Shown: positions 11,646-24,744, counted from the stretch's first letter. The stretch: DNA of 64,000 nucleotides from Malacoraja senta (GCA_038087875.1 CM075992.1:11720001-11784000), one strand, 5' to 3'. Program-made: numbers and translations. The notes: generated by a model not told the origin, from the sequence alone.

Positions 11646-12715
11646 GACATTTCCATTGACTGCCCCAAGTTCCCCGGTGCTAATGTCTGTCTCCACAGTA
11701 AAAACTGAGGAGAAATATTATAGACCTTGCCCATCTCCTGTAGTTTCACACAGAATTGACCACTTTGATTCTTGAGGGTTCCCATTCTCACTACCCATTT
11801 TCCCGTAAAGTACTTATAAAATCTCTTGCAATTATTCTTAATATTATTTGTCTTTACACCACCCTTTCTGCCCTCCCGATTTCCTTTTTCAGCTTACTCC
11901 TCAACTCCCGAAATTCCACTAGGGATACACTTGATCCCAGCTGCCTATACCTGTCTCATGCCTCCTTACACTTGACCTGAGCCTCAATTTCTCACATAAT
12001 CCAAGCTGCCTTATGTTTGCCTGCGTTACCGTTCACTCTAACAGGAACATGAAGGTCATGGACTCTTGTCAGCAGACTTTTACAAACTTCCCATTTCTGG
12101 ATGGTCCTTTTCCTTCAAACAACCTTCTCAAACCAACACAAGCAAGTTTCTGTCTAATACCTTCAAAGTTGGCCTTGCCCCAATTTAGGATTTAAGTCGT
12201 GGGCCTACCTGGTCTCTACCCTTAACTAATCTCAACCTAATAGACAATGGCCGCTGGTCCCAAAAGGCTCATCCATGACCACTTCATCTACTTGTCCATT
12301 CCAATTTCCAAAGACAAGATCAAGCGTTGACTTCTCTGGAGAAGGGCTCTCTTTATATTGCCGGAGGAAATGTTCCTGAATACATTTGACCAATTCTACC
12401 CTGTCTAAACTTTTCGCACTATGATATTCCGTTAATATTTGATAAATTAAAATCCCGTTCTATGATAACTTTATTGGTCCTGTAGCTGCCATTTTCAATA
12501 AAGACGGGCATAGCTGGGGCCTATGTGAATGCCCATGGCTATACTGTTGACTTGAGTCCATAATTCTGGTGACTGTTCACAACGTGCTCGCCCACACAGG
12601 CCAGTCACTTGCCCAGCCTCATTCCCCAATGGAAGGTCCAGCATTGGCCTCTCTCTGGTTGGCCATCTACATACTGTTTGAGTGAACGTTGCTGAACAAA
12701 TTCAAGGGGACTTAC

Positions 12716-12884
12716 CTGCTTGTTAAGGAGGCAGTGCAGGATGAAGATGAACATTCCTTGCATGCTGTTGATCACAGTGAAGATGTAGGCCATGACAATT
12801 GTTTCCTTCTGGAAGTGCAACATGCCAAATATCCAAGTACATCCCAGGAGGCAGAGTTGAGCAACAGCAGTGAAGGTAAAGACC
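12716..12884 (-). CDS. ADGRE-like adhesion GPCR, TM6-TM7 exon
   Basis: ttttAG / GTAAGT; 169 nt, phase 2/0; [20 protein letters not shown]...[18 protein letters not shown]. Confidence 0.95.
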
Positions 12885-13701
12885 CTAAAACAAGAGGCAC
12901 AAGAAGCTGAATGCAAGACAATACTTTACTTTGTGTCACTCACTACAGTGCATACTTTAAGGTGTAATATAAACTTCCTGCTGCTTCTAGATCCTCTCTC
13001 TTTCAATTATTTGTGTTGACTGGGTTAAAATCCTGAAATCCCCACCAAACCAAACAGTGAGACTTCAATGCACAGACTGCAGCGATAGTGATATCAGCCA
13101 GTCAGCTGATACAATAAGTGAGCTATGACTTGTGGCACACCAAACATCAAAGGATTTATTGGAAAAGAAAAAATGATTATGTTGGCCTCTGCTGAGAAAT
13201 GTTTGTTTCAAACAGAATAATGCAAAGCTGATTCCTTCTCACACTGAGGTGTATCCAGAGAATGCCCATCCCCTAAACACATTCAGAAACCTCGACAGAT
13301 AACAGGGCAGGAATGGCAACTGAGTGATTCACATGCTTGACCTTCCACGTGTGGTATATAACCTATGACCCTGGAGCCGACAGTTCGCTCTATCTGGTCC
13401 ACTATATCTGCCTGATGTTATTTCCCCTTTTGATAAGTTTGGAAAGGGCCCAGCTATCAGTGCGTGAATCCCAAATCAGAACAGCAAACGGGAATGGCTT
13501 AGATGGGGCATCTTGGTCAGCTTGGACGAGTTGGGCCAAAGGGCCTGTTTCCATGCGGTATGACTCTAGGACCTGTCAGCACCAGCAGCTTCATGTGAAT
13601 AATGGGAAAAGGATGGGAATGGGACAAGTGCTGGCCATTTGCATGACCTGGATACCGTATCAACCAAGGAAGGTACCAGCAGCCACACCAGTTGTTCTCA
13701 C

Positions 13702-13793
13702 CTGATTTTCTTCAACTGGCCCATATCAGGATTGACACTTGAAAACTTTTCAGCCAGTTTCAACACAGTGATAATAAAAAATCCTCCATTGAC
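13702..13793 (-). CDS. ADGRE-like adhesion GPCR, TM5-ICL3 exon
   Basis: ttttcttggaAG / GTGAGA; 92 nt, phase 0/2; VNGGFFIITVLKLAEKFSSVNPDMGQLKKI(R). Confidence 0.92.
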
Positions 13794-13861
13794 CTTCCAA
13801 GAAAAGAAAAAGCCACATTATTCCGATTAAGACAGTGGTTTATTGAAATAATATTTTCTTG

Positions 13862-15070
13862 ATAATAGACAATAGACAATAGGTGTAGGAATAGGCCATT
13901 CGGCCCTTCGATCCATTCAATGTGATCATGACTGATCATCCCCAATCAGTACCCCGTTCCTGCCTTCTTCCAATATCCCCTGACTCCGCTATCTTTAAGA
14001 GCCCTGTCTAGCTCTCTCTTGAAAGTATCTAGAGAACCAGCCTCCACCGCCCTCTGAGGCAGAGAATTCCACAGACTCACAACTCTGTGAGTATAGGAGC
14101 AGGGAGGTTCTACTGCAGTTGTACAGGATTTTGGTGAGACCACACCTGGAGTATTGCGTACAGTTTTGGTCTCCTAATCTGAGGAAGGACATTCTTGCCA
14201 TAGAGGGAGTACAGAGAAGGTTCACCAGACTGATTCCTGGGATGTCAGGACTTTCATATGAGGGAAGACTGGGTAGACTCGGCTTGTACTCGCTGGAATT
14301 TAGAAGACTGAGGGGGGATCTTATAGAAACGTACAAAATTATTAAGGGGTTGGACAGGCTAGATGCAGGAAGATTGTTCCCGATGTTGGGGGAGTCAAGA
14401 ACAAGGGGTCACAGTTTAAGGATAAAGGGGAAATCTTTTAGGACTGAGGTGAGAAAAAACATTTTTTACACAGAGAGTCGTGAATCTCTGGAATTCTCTG
14501 CCACAGAATGTAGTTGAGGCCAGTTCATTGGCTATATTTAAGAGGGAGTTAGATGTGGCCCTTGTGGCTAAAGGGATCAGGGGGTATGGAGAGAAAGCAG
14601 GTACAGGATACTGAGTTGGATGATCAGCCATGATCATATTGAATGGCGGTGCAGGCTCGAAGGGCTGAATGGCCTACTCCTGCACCTATTTTCTATGTTT
14701 CTATGTTCCTCCGTGAGAAAAAGTGTTTCCTCGTCTCTGTTCGAAATGGCTTACTCCTTATTCTTAAACTGTGGCCCCTAGTTCTGGACTCACCCATCCA
14801 TCGGATCATGTTTCCTGCCTCTAGCGTGTTCAAACCCTTAATAATCTTATATGTTTCAATAAGATGCCCTCTCATCCTTCTAACTCCAGATTATACAAGC
14901 CCAGCCGCTCCATTCTCTCAGCACATGACAGTCCCGCCATCCCGGGAATTAACCTTTTGAAACTATGCTGCACTACATCAATAGCAAGAATGTCCTTCCT
15001 CAAATTAGGAGACCAAAACTGCACACAATACTCCAGGTGTGGTCTCACCAGGGCCCTATACAACTGCAGC
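13862..15070 (-). mobile_element. CR1 3' fragment carrying a nested, opposite-strand CR1 (about 14090-14706)
   Basis: [15 protein letters not shown] on both strands; plus-strand tail tttctatgtttctatg near 14690-14706. Confidence 0.85.
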
Positions 15071-15690
15071 AGATGTTATCTTTAATTCATTTCCATTTTT
15101 ATAGAAACATCTAGCAGTGCATAAATAGTTACATTTGGACATGTTTGCCTCTACATTGATCCTCAACAATCATTTTTAAAAAGACAGTTTGTTCGCTAGT
15201 GTGTCAGACGACATTCTGCCATCACTGTGCCTCCGCGGAGATCGTCCGCAATGCATGCCTCTCCGCCGCAAGTCAGTAGGTGGGCAAAAAGACAGTGATG
15301 TAGATATTACCGTAGTGTTCCATCAGCCCTGAGTGGATGACTTCAAATCTTCTCATATGCATTGTGAATCTACAAATATTTATGGACGGTCTAAAGATTT
15401 ATCACGAAAACCAGTGATAGACATAATCTTTACCATTGCTCTTTGGAGAACTTTCATCCAATCCGACACTGCTAAATATTAATACCCAAGATTACAGCAC
15501 AGGTTAATCTGACAGCAAGTTCAGTCGCTGTCACCATACCAGATCTGTGCCATGCTCCAAGGCCCTCAGTTCCTCCGACCTGCCATTCATGGTTGATGTC
15601 CTATCATCATTAATGGTTCCAAAACCCATCAGCTCACATTTTTCTGAATTCAACAGACATTCTCTCTGTTTCATATTTTCCCAAACTTAC

Positions 15691-15757
15691 CAGAATAATC
15701 ACACAGACTGGACCCAGGAAAGCCCAGAGAAATCCCGACTTTAGATCCAACCAACAA
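15691..15757 (-). CDS. ADGRE-like adhesion GPCR, 67-nt ECL2-TM5 exon
   Basis: ccccAG / GTAAGT; phase 2/0; (Y)CWLDLKSGFLWAFLGPVCVIIL. Confidence 0.95.
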
Positions 15758-17000
15758 CTGGGGAAAGAGTAACAAAATGTTGTTTCCAAATGACACTGTA
15801 AAATGTTTATACTTTGCACACACACAAGCGCACATGTACAGGCAGGCCGGCCTTAGGAGGTGCGGGGCCCAATTGGGAACAATTTTCATTGGAATATAAA
15901 TATATAATTATAAATGAGTCATATTCAGGCACGTGTCGTGAGTAATATGACAATCAGTCGGCTTTCAAAAATCTTAAACCGTGCATGCGCAGATTGTTCT
16001 CTCCGTAAAAATAAAAAATAAAAATAAATGAAGTAACAATTCAATTTGCCCAAGGCTTCCAAATCTCCTTCTGCATTACTGAATGGGTGGGGGGTGGAGG
16101 GTAGTGGCAGGTGGAAAGATGGTGGGGAAAACGGGAGCACACCGGGACAGGTTGAATCTGTTGTCATCTTATTGAATGACTATACTAGTTCAAGGGACCA
16201 ATTGGAGGAGAGTTCATTTCACAGCGTGTGGGGAGTCTAGCCAGGGGTAAAGTTGCGGGGAGGGCAGGAGCATTGAGAAGGAGGGGGTCGGGGTTCATGC
16301 CAGTAACCCACTCACTCACCGCTGCCGCGGCGCTCCGGGCGCGGAGCCACCGACATTGTGGCTGGGGAGGGAAGCAGCTCGCGTGGCTATGAGCGGCCGC
16401 CATCACCGGACAGGGGAACCAACTGCCATCTCAACGCCTTCTGCCGGCCCGCTCATCTCTGGCAGTGCTCTCCATCTAAACAGTGAGGGGACCAGCTCAA
16501 GAGCAAAGATCATAGAGCAGAGTCGGTCAGCGGGTGATGGATAACATCACAGTGGGCGGTGGAGCTTACTCCTGTGTCAACGCGAACAAGGGATCAATTG
16601 AGGTTACTCGCACTGACACATGGAGGAAGCTCCACCGCCCGTTGCCCAGTTATCCATCGCCCGCTGACCTGCTCTTGAGCTGGATGCTGGCATGATCCCC
16701 GACCCCCTCCTTCTCAATGCTCCTGCCCCTCCCCGCAACTTTACCCCTGGCCAGACTATCCACACACTGTGAAAGTAACTCTTTCACCCCCCCCCCCCCC
16801 ACAGCAGCGCTGTCCTTTTACAGCCTCTTCCCACTTTACAGCCGCTTCCCATCAGCTGCTAGTAATGAGGGATAGACTTGACTATCCCTCAGTACAGCAA
16901 CATTGTTCTTGATGTTGCTGTACTGAGGGATAACGAAGTCTATCTTTCTTGGCTGACAACCTAACCTTCGACCTCCAAGATGCAGGTACATTTTCTAGCA

Positions 17001-17880
17001 ATGTTACAAAATTTTGAGATTTTAAAAATCAAGTCTGCAATTTATCCCATCAGATAAAGCATAAAAAGAAGTTTAATTTGACACCCAATATTACAAAATT
17101 TATGGCCATTTTCATACTCAGAAATTAGCATCTTGTTCCCTATTGCTTTTCCATTCTCAACACAAAAGCTGTGATCGAGGACAGTCAAAAGCCCATAACC
17201 TTCTTAAAAATTAAGAGAACTGAGTGAAATGTTCAGTTATTATAGATTGAAGCATTCTGAAACAAATATAAAACAAATATAAAACATCTTACTTGGATGA
17301 CCTGAAATTAAAGCATATAATTAGTTAATTACCTAATTGTAGCTAATTACAAAATTGACCGTTGTGACGGAAATAGTAATAAACACCCAGACTGCCTTGA
17401 AAATTCAAAAATGTGATATTCTCAAGATCAGAACTTTAATATTATTGGATTATATGCTGGAAGTCCGTAACAGATAGGTAAATAAATTACAATTTCTAGC
17501 AATAGACCAGAGCAGTTGCTAGCTGGTACATTGGCATACCATAATCAATAGCATCATCATACTCCTCAGGTTGTAACCAATAAACAACTCTGTACACCTT
17601 GTTTTTCCTCAACTTTTCAATTTTGGCATTGTAAACTACAAGTTTTTGCTCTTCAAACCCCGCATGACATGCCTTTCTGCCCACTACTTTCCCATAAAGA
17701 ATGTCCTGTAGATTACATTTCTAAAGAAATGATTTTTTTTAAAAATAGCCTAAAGTATTCAAATAACAAACTAATTCCATTCACACAAGAATATAACATG
17801 ATTTTTAAATCTCACTGTCATGAATGTATATGCCAGATCAGTGATGGAAATGGGTTTGAGGAACTAGGGGTACGCTAAGG
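17001..17880. mobile_element. AT-rich probable DNA-transposon fragment
   Basis: Abrupt composition change starting ATGTTACAAAA; minus-strand protein-like remnant 17496-17684; family not identified. Confidence 0.35.
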
Positions 17881-17989
17881 TCTGTGAGGCTGAGGTTGGG
17901 AAGGAAGGAGGTGGGCGGGGGGGGGGGGGGGGTCGGGGGGGTCGGTAGACGCTATATGCCCCCCATGAGAAATGTTATCTAGCTCTGAA

Positions 17990-18955
17990 ATTGAAGATAG
18001 ATAAAAGGCTGGAGTAGCTCAGCAGGACAGGCAGCGCAGCGACTGGAGAGAAGACCCTTCTTCAGACTGAACTGAACACTCGTCGTTGAGAGTACTTGTG
18101 ATTGTCTGAAGAAGGGTCTCGACAAGAAACGCAACCCTCTCCCCATAGCCCCTGCCCGTCCCGCTGAGCCACCACAGACAGGGAGTTGAAGGTAGACACA
18201 GGGGGGTCCACCTTCAACTGCAGAGCCAAACAATAAACAGAGAGTGCTGGAGGAACTCAGCGGGCAAGGCAGCACCGGAGGGAACATATCACTTATTTCG
18301 CGAGCATTTCTAAACGTAGTTTCCAGTGACTGTTTGACGAAGTAACTAGCTTTGCCAGTAATACACAACGCACCACGTCTGAGGCAGGGTGTCCAACAGC
18401 GGAGGTCATGTTCACCGAAAACATTTATTATAAACGTGAAACCAACATACAAGGAAGGGTCCAAGGGTCACTGGGCCGAATAATGCTAGGCTACAGATAG
18501 ACACAAAAAGCTGGAGTAACTCAACGGGACAGGCAGCATCCCCGGAGAGAAGGAATGGACAATTGTTCAAACACGTACGGCAGCCGTCAAATGCACCACT
18601 CTCCTTCCACCAGCACCCTGCCTCCACAGTCTACCTTCGATGTTCCAGCATCTGCAGTTCCTTCTTAAACACGATATCACTTATCAAGAGCCGCCACGGG
18701 CCAGGACTCCCCCCCCCCTCCCACCCAACAGAAAGGAACCGCAGATGCAGCCGTCACCGCAAAACGTCGAAGAAGAATTGCAGATCATGGAAAATCGAAG
18801 GTAGACAAAAATGCTGGAGAAACTCAGCGGTTGAGGCAGCGAAGAAATAGGCAACATTTCGGGCCGTGTCTGAAGAAGGGTCTCGACCCGAAACGTTGCC
18901 TATTTCCTTGGCTGCATAGATGCTGCCTCACCCGCTGAGTTTCTCCAGCAAAACG
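17990..18955. mobile_element. Cluster of Penelope-terminal-repeat-derived palindromic elements
   Basis: Repeated gctggagtaactcagcgggacaggcagcatc and ctgaagaagggtctcgacccgaaacg in both orientations. Confidence 0.65.
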
Positions 18956-18987
18956 TCAATGGTTCCGGGAATGCCGAGGCAACAGGA

Positions 18988-19090
18988 TGAGAGAGAGGGA
19001 GTGAGAGAGCTAGAGAGAGACGAGATGGGGAGCGGGAGAGAGAGAGCGAGAGAGCAGAGAGGGAGGGAGAGAGTGAAAGACAGAGAGACA
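18988..19090. repeat. Degenerate (GA)n microsatellite
   Basis: Purine dinucleotide run. Confidence 0.85.
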
Positions 19091-19734
19091 CAACGTGGGT
19101 CGGTAGGTAAATTGAATGACTAACCTGCTGCACACCAAGAAGCTCACCAAGAAGAAGCCCTCAATCATGATGGTGAGCTTTAAGAAATTCTCAATGTGTC
19201 ATCAATGCATCGATCTACATTCCTCAGTAAATGAAATTGTGTTTTGAACAAGTATTAATGACGCCGCGTGAATTTTATTCAAAGGAACGGCGTCATTAAT
19301 ACTTGTTCAAAACACAATTACATTTACTGAGGAATGTGGATTGTTAACTACTGGCTGTGAACAAGTGCTACAGTAGTAGTTCACAAATCGTTTGTCTGAT
19401 GGCCGTGCAGCGGTTGTTATCCATGTTCGTATTCTAAAAAAAATCCGTATGGCGAATGTTTTTTCAAAATCTTTCTTTAAAAAGCGAATTTGTATTTCCC
19501 TACGAAATACGGAAAATTAACGCAGGGCTCCCCTTAGGCGTGGGGCCCAATTGGGAGAAATCGGTCCATTCGGCTTCAGGCCGGCCCTGTGTACAGGTAT
19601 GTTCCCACACCTTGCTGCTCAGACGGCCTCCCTGCCATGTGTGAGGCTCGGCAGGAATCGACTATTCCCGTCGTGTTTACATTGCTACCTCACTCAATTC
19701 TGTGTGGACCCATCTTGGCATTGTTGGTCTTCAT

Positions 19735-19950
19735 AATCATTATCATACTTTATTAGCCAAGTATGTTTTGCAACATACGAGGAATTTGATTTACCATACA
19801 GTCAGACCAATAAAAATCACCAAGACACACAAAATACATTTTAACATAAACATCCACCACAGTGACTCCTCCACATTCCTCACTGTGATGGAAGGCAAAA
19901 ACAAAGTTCAATCTCTTCCCTTCTTTGTTCTCCCATGGTCGCGGGCCTCG
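19735..19950 (-). mobile_element. Truncated copy of the L2-tailed stem-loop element
   Basis: Reverse complement of gccttccatcacagtgagg...tcactgtggtggatgtttatgtt. Confidence 0.55.
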
Positions 19951-20199
19951 AGCCTTCTGGTCTTTGTCCTTGTGCTGCAGGGAGTTGTGGCTGGGGAAGG
20001 GCTTTATCATTTTAGCTATATCCTTTCCCTTGATGATTGTTCAGTGACCTTACCCCATCCATCTCCACTTCACCCCTCGTATCTGCCTCTCAGTCTCCCT
20101 ATCCCACCCCAACTCACCTCACCCTGAGCCGCATGTGACCTCCTTGAGAACAAGTTGGGGCTGTTGGTGGAAAGCTCTTGTTCCATCCCTGGTAGACTA

Positions 20200-21155
20200 T
20201 ATTTACAATATACAACATATATTAACGATTTAGACAAAGGAATTAAATGTAACATCTCCAAGTTTGTGGATGACACAAATCTCGGTGGCAGTGTGACCTG
20301 CGAGGGGGATGCTATGAGGTGGCAGGGTGACTTGGATAGGTTGGGTGAGTGGGCAGATGCATGGCAGATGCAGTATAATGTGGATACATGTGAGGTTATG
20401 CACTTTGTTGGCAAAAACAAGAAGGCAGATTATCTGAATGGTGTCAGATTAGGAGAAGGGGAGGTGCAATGAGACCTGGGTGTCCTTGTACATCAGTCAC
20501 TGAAAGTAAGCATGCAGGTACAGCAGGCCGTGAAGAAAGCAAATGGCATGTTGGCCGTCATAGCGAGCGGATTTGAGTATAAGAGCAAGTTGGTTCTACA
20601 GCAGTTGTACAGGGGCATGGTGTATTGTGTGCAGTTTTGGCCTGCTAATTTGAGGAAGGACATTCTATAGAGGGAGTGCAGTGTAGGTTCATCAGGTTAA
20701 TTCGCGGGATGGCGGGACTGACAATGATGAAAGATTGGATCGACTGGGCTTATATTCACTGTAATTTAGAAGAATGAGAGGTTGTATTATATAAAACTGT
20801 TGAGGGATTGGACAGGCTAGATCCTGGAAAAATGTTCCCGATGTTTGGGGAGTCCAGAACCAGCGGCCACAGTTTAAGAAAAGGACTCATTTAGGACTGA
20901 GATGAGGAAAGACTTTTTCATCCAGAGAATTGTGAAATCATTGCATTCTCTGCTACAAAAGGCAGTGGAGGCCAATTCACTGGATGTATTCAAGAGAGAG
21001 TTGGATATAGGTCTTAGAGCTAATGGAATTAAGGGATATGGGGAGAAAGCATGGATGGGGTACTGATTCTGGATGATCAGCTATGCTCATATTGAATGGC
21101 AGTGCTGGCTCGAAGGGCCAAATTGCCTACTCCTGCACCTGTTTTCTATGTTTCT
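20200..21155 (+). mobile_element. CR1 3' fragment
   Basis: YINDLDKGIKCNISKFVDDT; tttctatgtttcta tail. Confidence 0.85.
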
Positions 21156-22113
21156 AGACAAACCACTGGAAGTTAATGTACTGGTGCAGGGGGCAGTCAG
21201 GTAGGCAAACTATGTTGCTTTGACCGCAAGAAAATTTTGTTTTAAGGCAGAACGGATAAGCCAGATAAGTACAGGCGAGTGAGCCTTTTGTCAGTGGTTG
21301 GGAAAATATTGGAGGGAGTTCTGAGGGACAGAATATATTTGGAAAGGCAGGATTGGTTAGGTGTGGTCAGCATGTATTTGTGTGGGGAAATTGTGATGGG
21401 GTTTTTCGAGGAGGCAACAGAGATTGATGAAGGAGGGCAGAAGATGTTGCCCATATGGACTTTAGCAAGACATTTGACAAAGCCCCACATGGTGGGCTGA
21501 TCCAGAAGATTAAGATGCAGAGAATCCAGAAGATTTCAGTACATTGGTCGCAGGCAAGTGGGTCTATTGTAGCTGGGACATTGTTGGCCGGTGTAGGGGA
21601 GTTGGGCTGAAGGGCCTGATTCCACACTGTATCATCCTATGACTCTGACTCTGTCTGGGGCATAAACTGGAGCCACATTGCGCTTGGTGAGAGGATGCAG
21701 AGGGTAATGGTGAATGAGGTGTTTCTGACTGGGTGTGTATAAAGTGTTGCACCATAGGGATAGGTGCTGGGACCTTTGTTTGTAGTAAATAAATAGGCAC
21801 GGCCTAGATGGATACAGCACTAAGGCAGGCAAATGGCATTCTTGTATTGTAGATGGATACATAGGTTGGCACAGACATAAAACATTGAACAAAGAACAGT
21901 ACATCACTGAAAGAGACCTTCATCCCACCATGTCTGCACCGATCATGATGAAAACATAAACATTCCCATCTGTCTGCACATGGTCTGTATCCCACCATTC
22001 CCTATCTTCTTGTGTATTTGTTTCAATGCCCATTAAACATGCTATCACATCTGCTTCCACCACCTCCCCTGCACAAAGTACCAGGCACCCACCACACGCT
22101 GAATATAAAGGAG

Positions 22114-22251
22114 TTAAAGAAGGAACTGCAGATGCTGGAAAATCGAAGGTACACAAAAATGCTGGAGAAACTCAGCGGGTGCAGCAGCATCTATGGAGCG
22201 AAGGAAATAGGTAACGTTTCGGGCCGAAACCCTTCTTCAGACTTTAATTCT
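22114..22251 (-). mobile_element. Short Penelope-derived insert with a 15-bp flanking direct repeat
   Basis: CTGAATATAAAGGAG at 22099-22113 and 22252-22266; hammerhead-like core on the minus strand. Confidence 0.7.
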
Positions 22252-23819
22252 CTGAATATAAAGGAGATCTTTTGTGGGAACAGGTGACCAAAACTGAACA
22301 CAATACTCTAAGTGTCTTGTACCAATGTCTTGTACAACTGCATTTTTTTAATAAACATCTTCGCTATCTATTATATCACCCAGTTCAGTGTCATCTACAA
22401 ACTTACTCATCATGCCTTCACAATTCTCTGGCATGTCACTAGTCACAGACCTCCATTCTGAATGAGAACCTTCCACCATCACCCTCTGCTTCCTTTCACA
22501 AAGCTAATTCTCTATCCAGTCAGTTGGCTCTCCCTGGATCACATATGATCTAATGATCCAGTGCAGCCTACTATACAGAACCTCATCAAATCTCTTGCTG
22601 AAGCCAATGTAGACAATGTCTGTGGCTTTGCCCTTTTCAGCCTCTTTGATTACTTAAAAATTTAATTAGATTGGTAAGTCACACTCTTCCATGTACCTAA
22701 CCATGCAGACTAGCCCTGATTAGCTCCTGTCTAATGCATATATATCCTATCCCTCAGAATACTCTCTTCCTTCGAGCCCTTCTTAAATAGAGACACACCC
22801 TTCAGCCTTGCGGCACCTCACCTGTGTGGTAAGGTGTTGGCACTCGAGGCCCTGAGCTGTAGGGAATGGTTGAGCAGGCTAGATCTTTATTCCGTGAAAC
22901 TCAGTAGATAGAGGGGTGATCTTGTGGAGGTGTATGACATCATGAGGGGAATAGGTAAGGTGAAAGCATATCTAGAGTTTATCTAGAGTACGAGAATCAA
23001 GAACCAGGCAACATTTGTTTCAGGTGAGAGGGGAAAGATAGGAACCTGAGGGGACTTTTCACAGAGAGGGTGGTGGTTACATACAACGGCCTGAAAGAGT
23101 GGATAGTTGAGACAGGTACTGTAATAAAATGTAAAAGACATTTGGACAGGTACATGGACAGGAGAGATGTACCAAACATGGACAGGTTGGACTAGTGCAG
23201 ATGGGGCATCTGGGTTGGCATGGGGTAGTTGGGCCAAAGGGCCTGTTTCTTTGCTGTATGACTCTCTGACTCTAATATCAACGCACCCTCCTGAATCTCA
23301 ACATCATCCATGCCCTTTGTCTTGGGGAATGCTAATGTTAAGTACACATTAAGAACCTTGTCCATTTCTCTGGCTTCAGGCATCAATTCCCACTTTTGTC
23401 CTGGAGTGGACCTACCGTTTACCAAGTAACCCTTTCTCTTTACATACAAAATGCCTGGAAACTCTCCTCGACCCTATTTGCCAAGCTCCTTTTACTCATC
23501 CTAATTCTAGTTTAAATATTTTCCTGATTTCATCGTATTCCTCAGGAACCATGACTGATTTCTGTTTCCTTTGATTGTGGGCCAAAGGTCCCATTTCTGT
23601 GCAGCACATCTCTGAATCTAAGACACAAATATGTGGGTGCATCAGCCAGGTTTCCATATCCAAGGAAGACAACACTTCCGACGTACTGAGTGAAATGAAG
23701 GTTCACCTGTTCGATGCCTGGAGCGAGACCTGCAGACTGGGCCTCTACTCTCCAGAGTTCAGAAGAGTTGGATAGAATAGATGCAAGGATAGTATTTCCC
23801 CTGGCAACCAGGGATCATA

Positions 23820-24170
23820 ATTAGAGTGGCTAATGAAACTGTTGCCTCAGTTCCAGAGACCAGGGTTTGATCCCGACTTTGGGTGATGCCTTTGTGAAGT
23901 TTGCACGTTCCACCTAAATCCACGCAAATTCCCTTTGGGTGCTGCAGTCTCCATCAACATCCCAAACACGTGTAGGTTGATAGGTAGCTGTAAATTATCC
24001 CATGAATGATAGCATAGAACATGGAACAGTACAATACAGGAATGGGACTTGGGGATCTGGAGCAGTTGATGGACATTTTGGGAAGAGAAAGAGGGATCAG
24101 TGTAGGATTGGGATAAATGGGTGCTTGATGGTTGACCTCATGGGATGAAGGGCCTGTTCCCATGCTGTAT
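23820..24170 (+). mobile_element. Decayed HE1/V-SINE-like SINE
   Basis: gggtttgatccc B-box; gaagggcctgttcc tail. Confidence 0.65.
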
Positions 24171-24478
24171 GTGGAGATGGGAAGAAATATCTTCACTTAG
24201 TGGGTGGAGAACCTTTGCAATCCTCTCCCCAAGTGGGTTTTGCAGGCTCAGTCGCTGAGTGTTTTCAGACAGAGATGGATATCCAGGATATGGGGAAAAT
24301 AGGGTCAGTGCAAAAAAATGGTCCTGAGGTTGTAGGTTGGTCAAGGTCCAACTGAATGTTAGAATAGGTGCAAGGGGTCGAATGGCCTCCTCCGGCAACC
24401 ATGTTTATTCCTGTCACAGAAACTCAATGTGCTCTGAGTGCAATGTCTGCAAAATAAATGTACAGTTTTCGTACTTAC

Positions 24479-24699
24479 TACTTGTCTGTTCCATATCCCT
24501 GGGAAAACACGGCTGCTGAGATGCCAACAGTAATCAGGGGGCAACCGTAGCCAAACAAGTACATGTACGTTGGTCTCATACTCTTTGCATTGAAGACTTT
24601 CACCAGCATGAGGTAAAGCTGCACACCTTCCATGAGCATCCAGGAAAAACAGGCCAGGAAGAAATAATGCAGGAATCCAGCGATGACGGCACAAAGATT
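24479..24699 (-). CDS. ADGRE-like adhesion GPCR, exon encoding TM3-TM4
   Basis: ttccAG / GTAAGT; 221 nt, phase 0/2; NLCAVIAGFLHYFFLACFSWMLMEGVQLYLMLVKVF...GYGCPLITVGISAAVFSQGYGTDK. Confidence 0.95.
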
Positions 24700-24744
24700 C
24701 TGGAAGTGATGCAAGAGAACAACAAGGGATTAATGAGCCTGAGC

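Larger units (their letters stand above)
8940..12480 (-). mobile_element. Old CR1, interrupted by an L1 and an L2-tailed element
   Basis: SGVPRGSVL and SKFADDTK remnants collinear across the insertions. Confidence 0.8.
15843..19589. mobile_element. Non-autonomous hAT-like DNA transposon with internal insertions
   Basis: Termini CAGGCCGGCCTT and AGGCCGGCCCTG; 8-bp TSD TGTACAGG at 15835-15842 and 19590-19597; subterminal GGGGCCCAATTGGGA at both ends. Confidence 0.85.

Noticed and set aside
5890..17011. Single DNA transposon bounded by ATGTTASAAAA motifs
   Set aside because: The motifs face outward and the interval contains host exons, so they are ends of separate fragments.
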